Source: Macrostomum lignano
Taxonomy: Eukaryota
Direction of reading: 5' to 3'
NCBI GenBank assembly: GCA_002269645.1
Contig: NIVC01003831.1
Location: 1 to 64,000 of the forward strand
Length of the DNA: 64,000 nt
Position numbers and translations under genes: made by a program. Of this stretch, positions 63,816-64,000 are shown one piece after another; the stretch's first letter is position 1, and the number at the start of each line of letters is the position of its first letter. A model generated the notes under the pieces. The model was not told the DNA's origin, made no database searches, and saw only the letters and a program-made list of their open reading frames with translations.

Positions 63816-64000
63816 ATGGCGTCGCAAGCAGGCGAAATTAGGAGTCAAGAACTCAACCTCAACGATCCTGAACTCGCTGAGGCATGGATGCAGCAGCTCT
63901 CCGCCACGGCCCGCATTAAGAAACTTACGGACACGGACAAAGTGCGGGATAAAACTGACTTGTTCCTGTCCAAGGTTGGACTACAGGCGATCCGGACGCT
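63816..64000 (+). CDS. Probable N-terminus of a Gypsy-type LTR retrotransposon Gag/polyprotein (truncated by window edge)
   Basis: Open frame MASQAGEIRSQELNLNDPELAEAWMQQLSATARIKKLTD...KTDLFLSKVGLQAIRT; CA then PBS-like TGGCGTCGCAAGCAGG at 63817. Confidence 0.55.
   Translation, partial: MASQAGEIRSQELNLNDPELAEAWMQQLSATARIKKLTDTDKVRDKTDLFLSKVGLQAIRT

Overview
Eukaryotic (invertebrate metazoan) genomic DNA with spliceosomal GT-AG introns, GC-rich exons, AT-rich spacers and very dense minisatellites. The style resembles a free-living flatworm such as Macrostomum, but that is inference only. Left to right: (1) a minus-strand gene of at least 20 exons and about 2,000 aa, running off the left edge, encoding a mosaic extracellular protein (Sushi/CCP-like repeats, then alternating WSC, short fibrinogen-N-like and C-type lectin modules). 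(2) Inside one of its introns, antisense, a full-length Ngaro/PAT-type tyrosine-recombinase retrotransposon (12398-16781) with split direct repeats. Its sequence suggests a SAP-domain Gag, a -1 slippery site/TGATG junction into RT-RNaseH, and a phase-matched splice joining the Gag N-terminus to the ATG-less recombinase. (3) A roughly 11 kb mostly non-coding stretch. (4) A complete 12-exon cobalamin-dependent methionine synthase (MTR, 1275 aa) whose introns mostly carry their own private minisatellites and MITEs. (5) A low-confidence orphan gene. (6) A 4-exon secreted protein with a PAN/apple-like domain and an ALK/LTK-type glycine-rich domain, lacking TM and kinase. (7) A dead mariner. (8) A class-2 DYRK kinase with tRNA-derived SINEs in an intron. 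(9) The probable start of a Gypsy-like LTR element at the right edge. Exon boundaries were read by eye from splice consensus and phase compatibility; no database searches were run.
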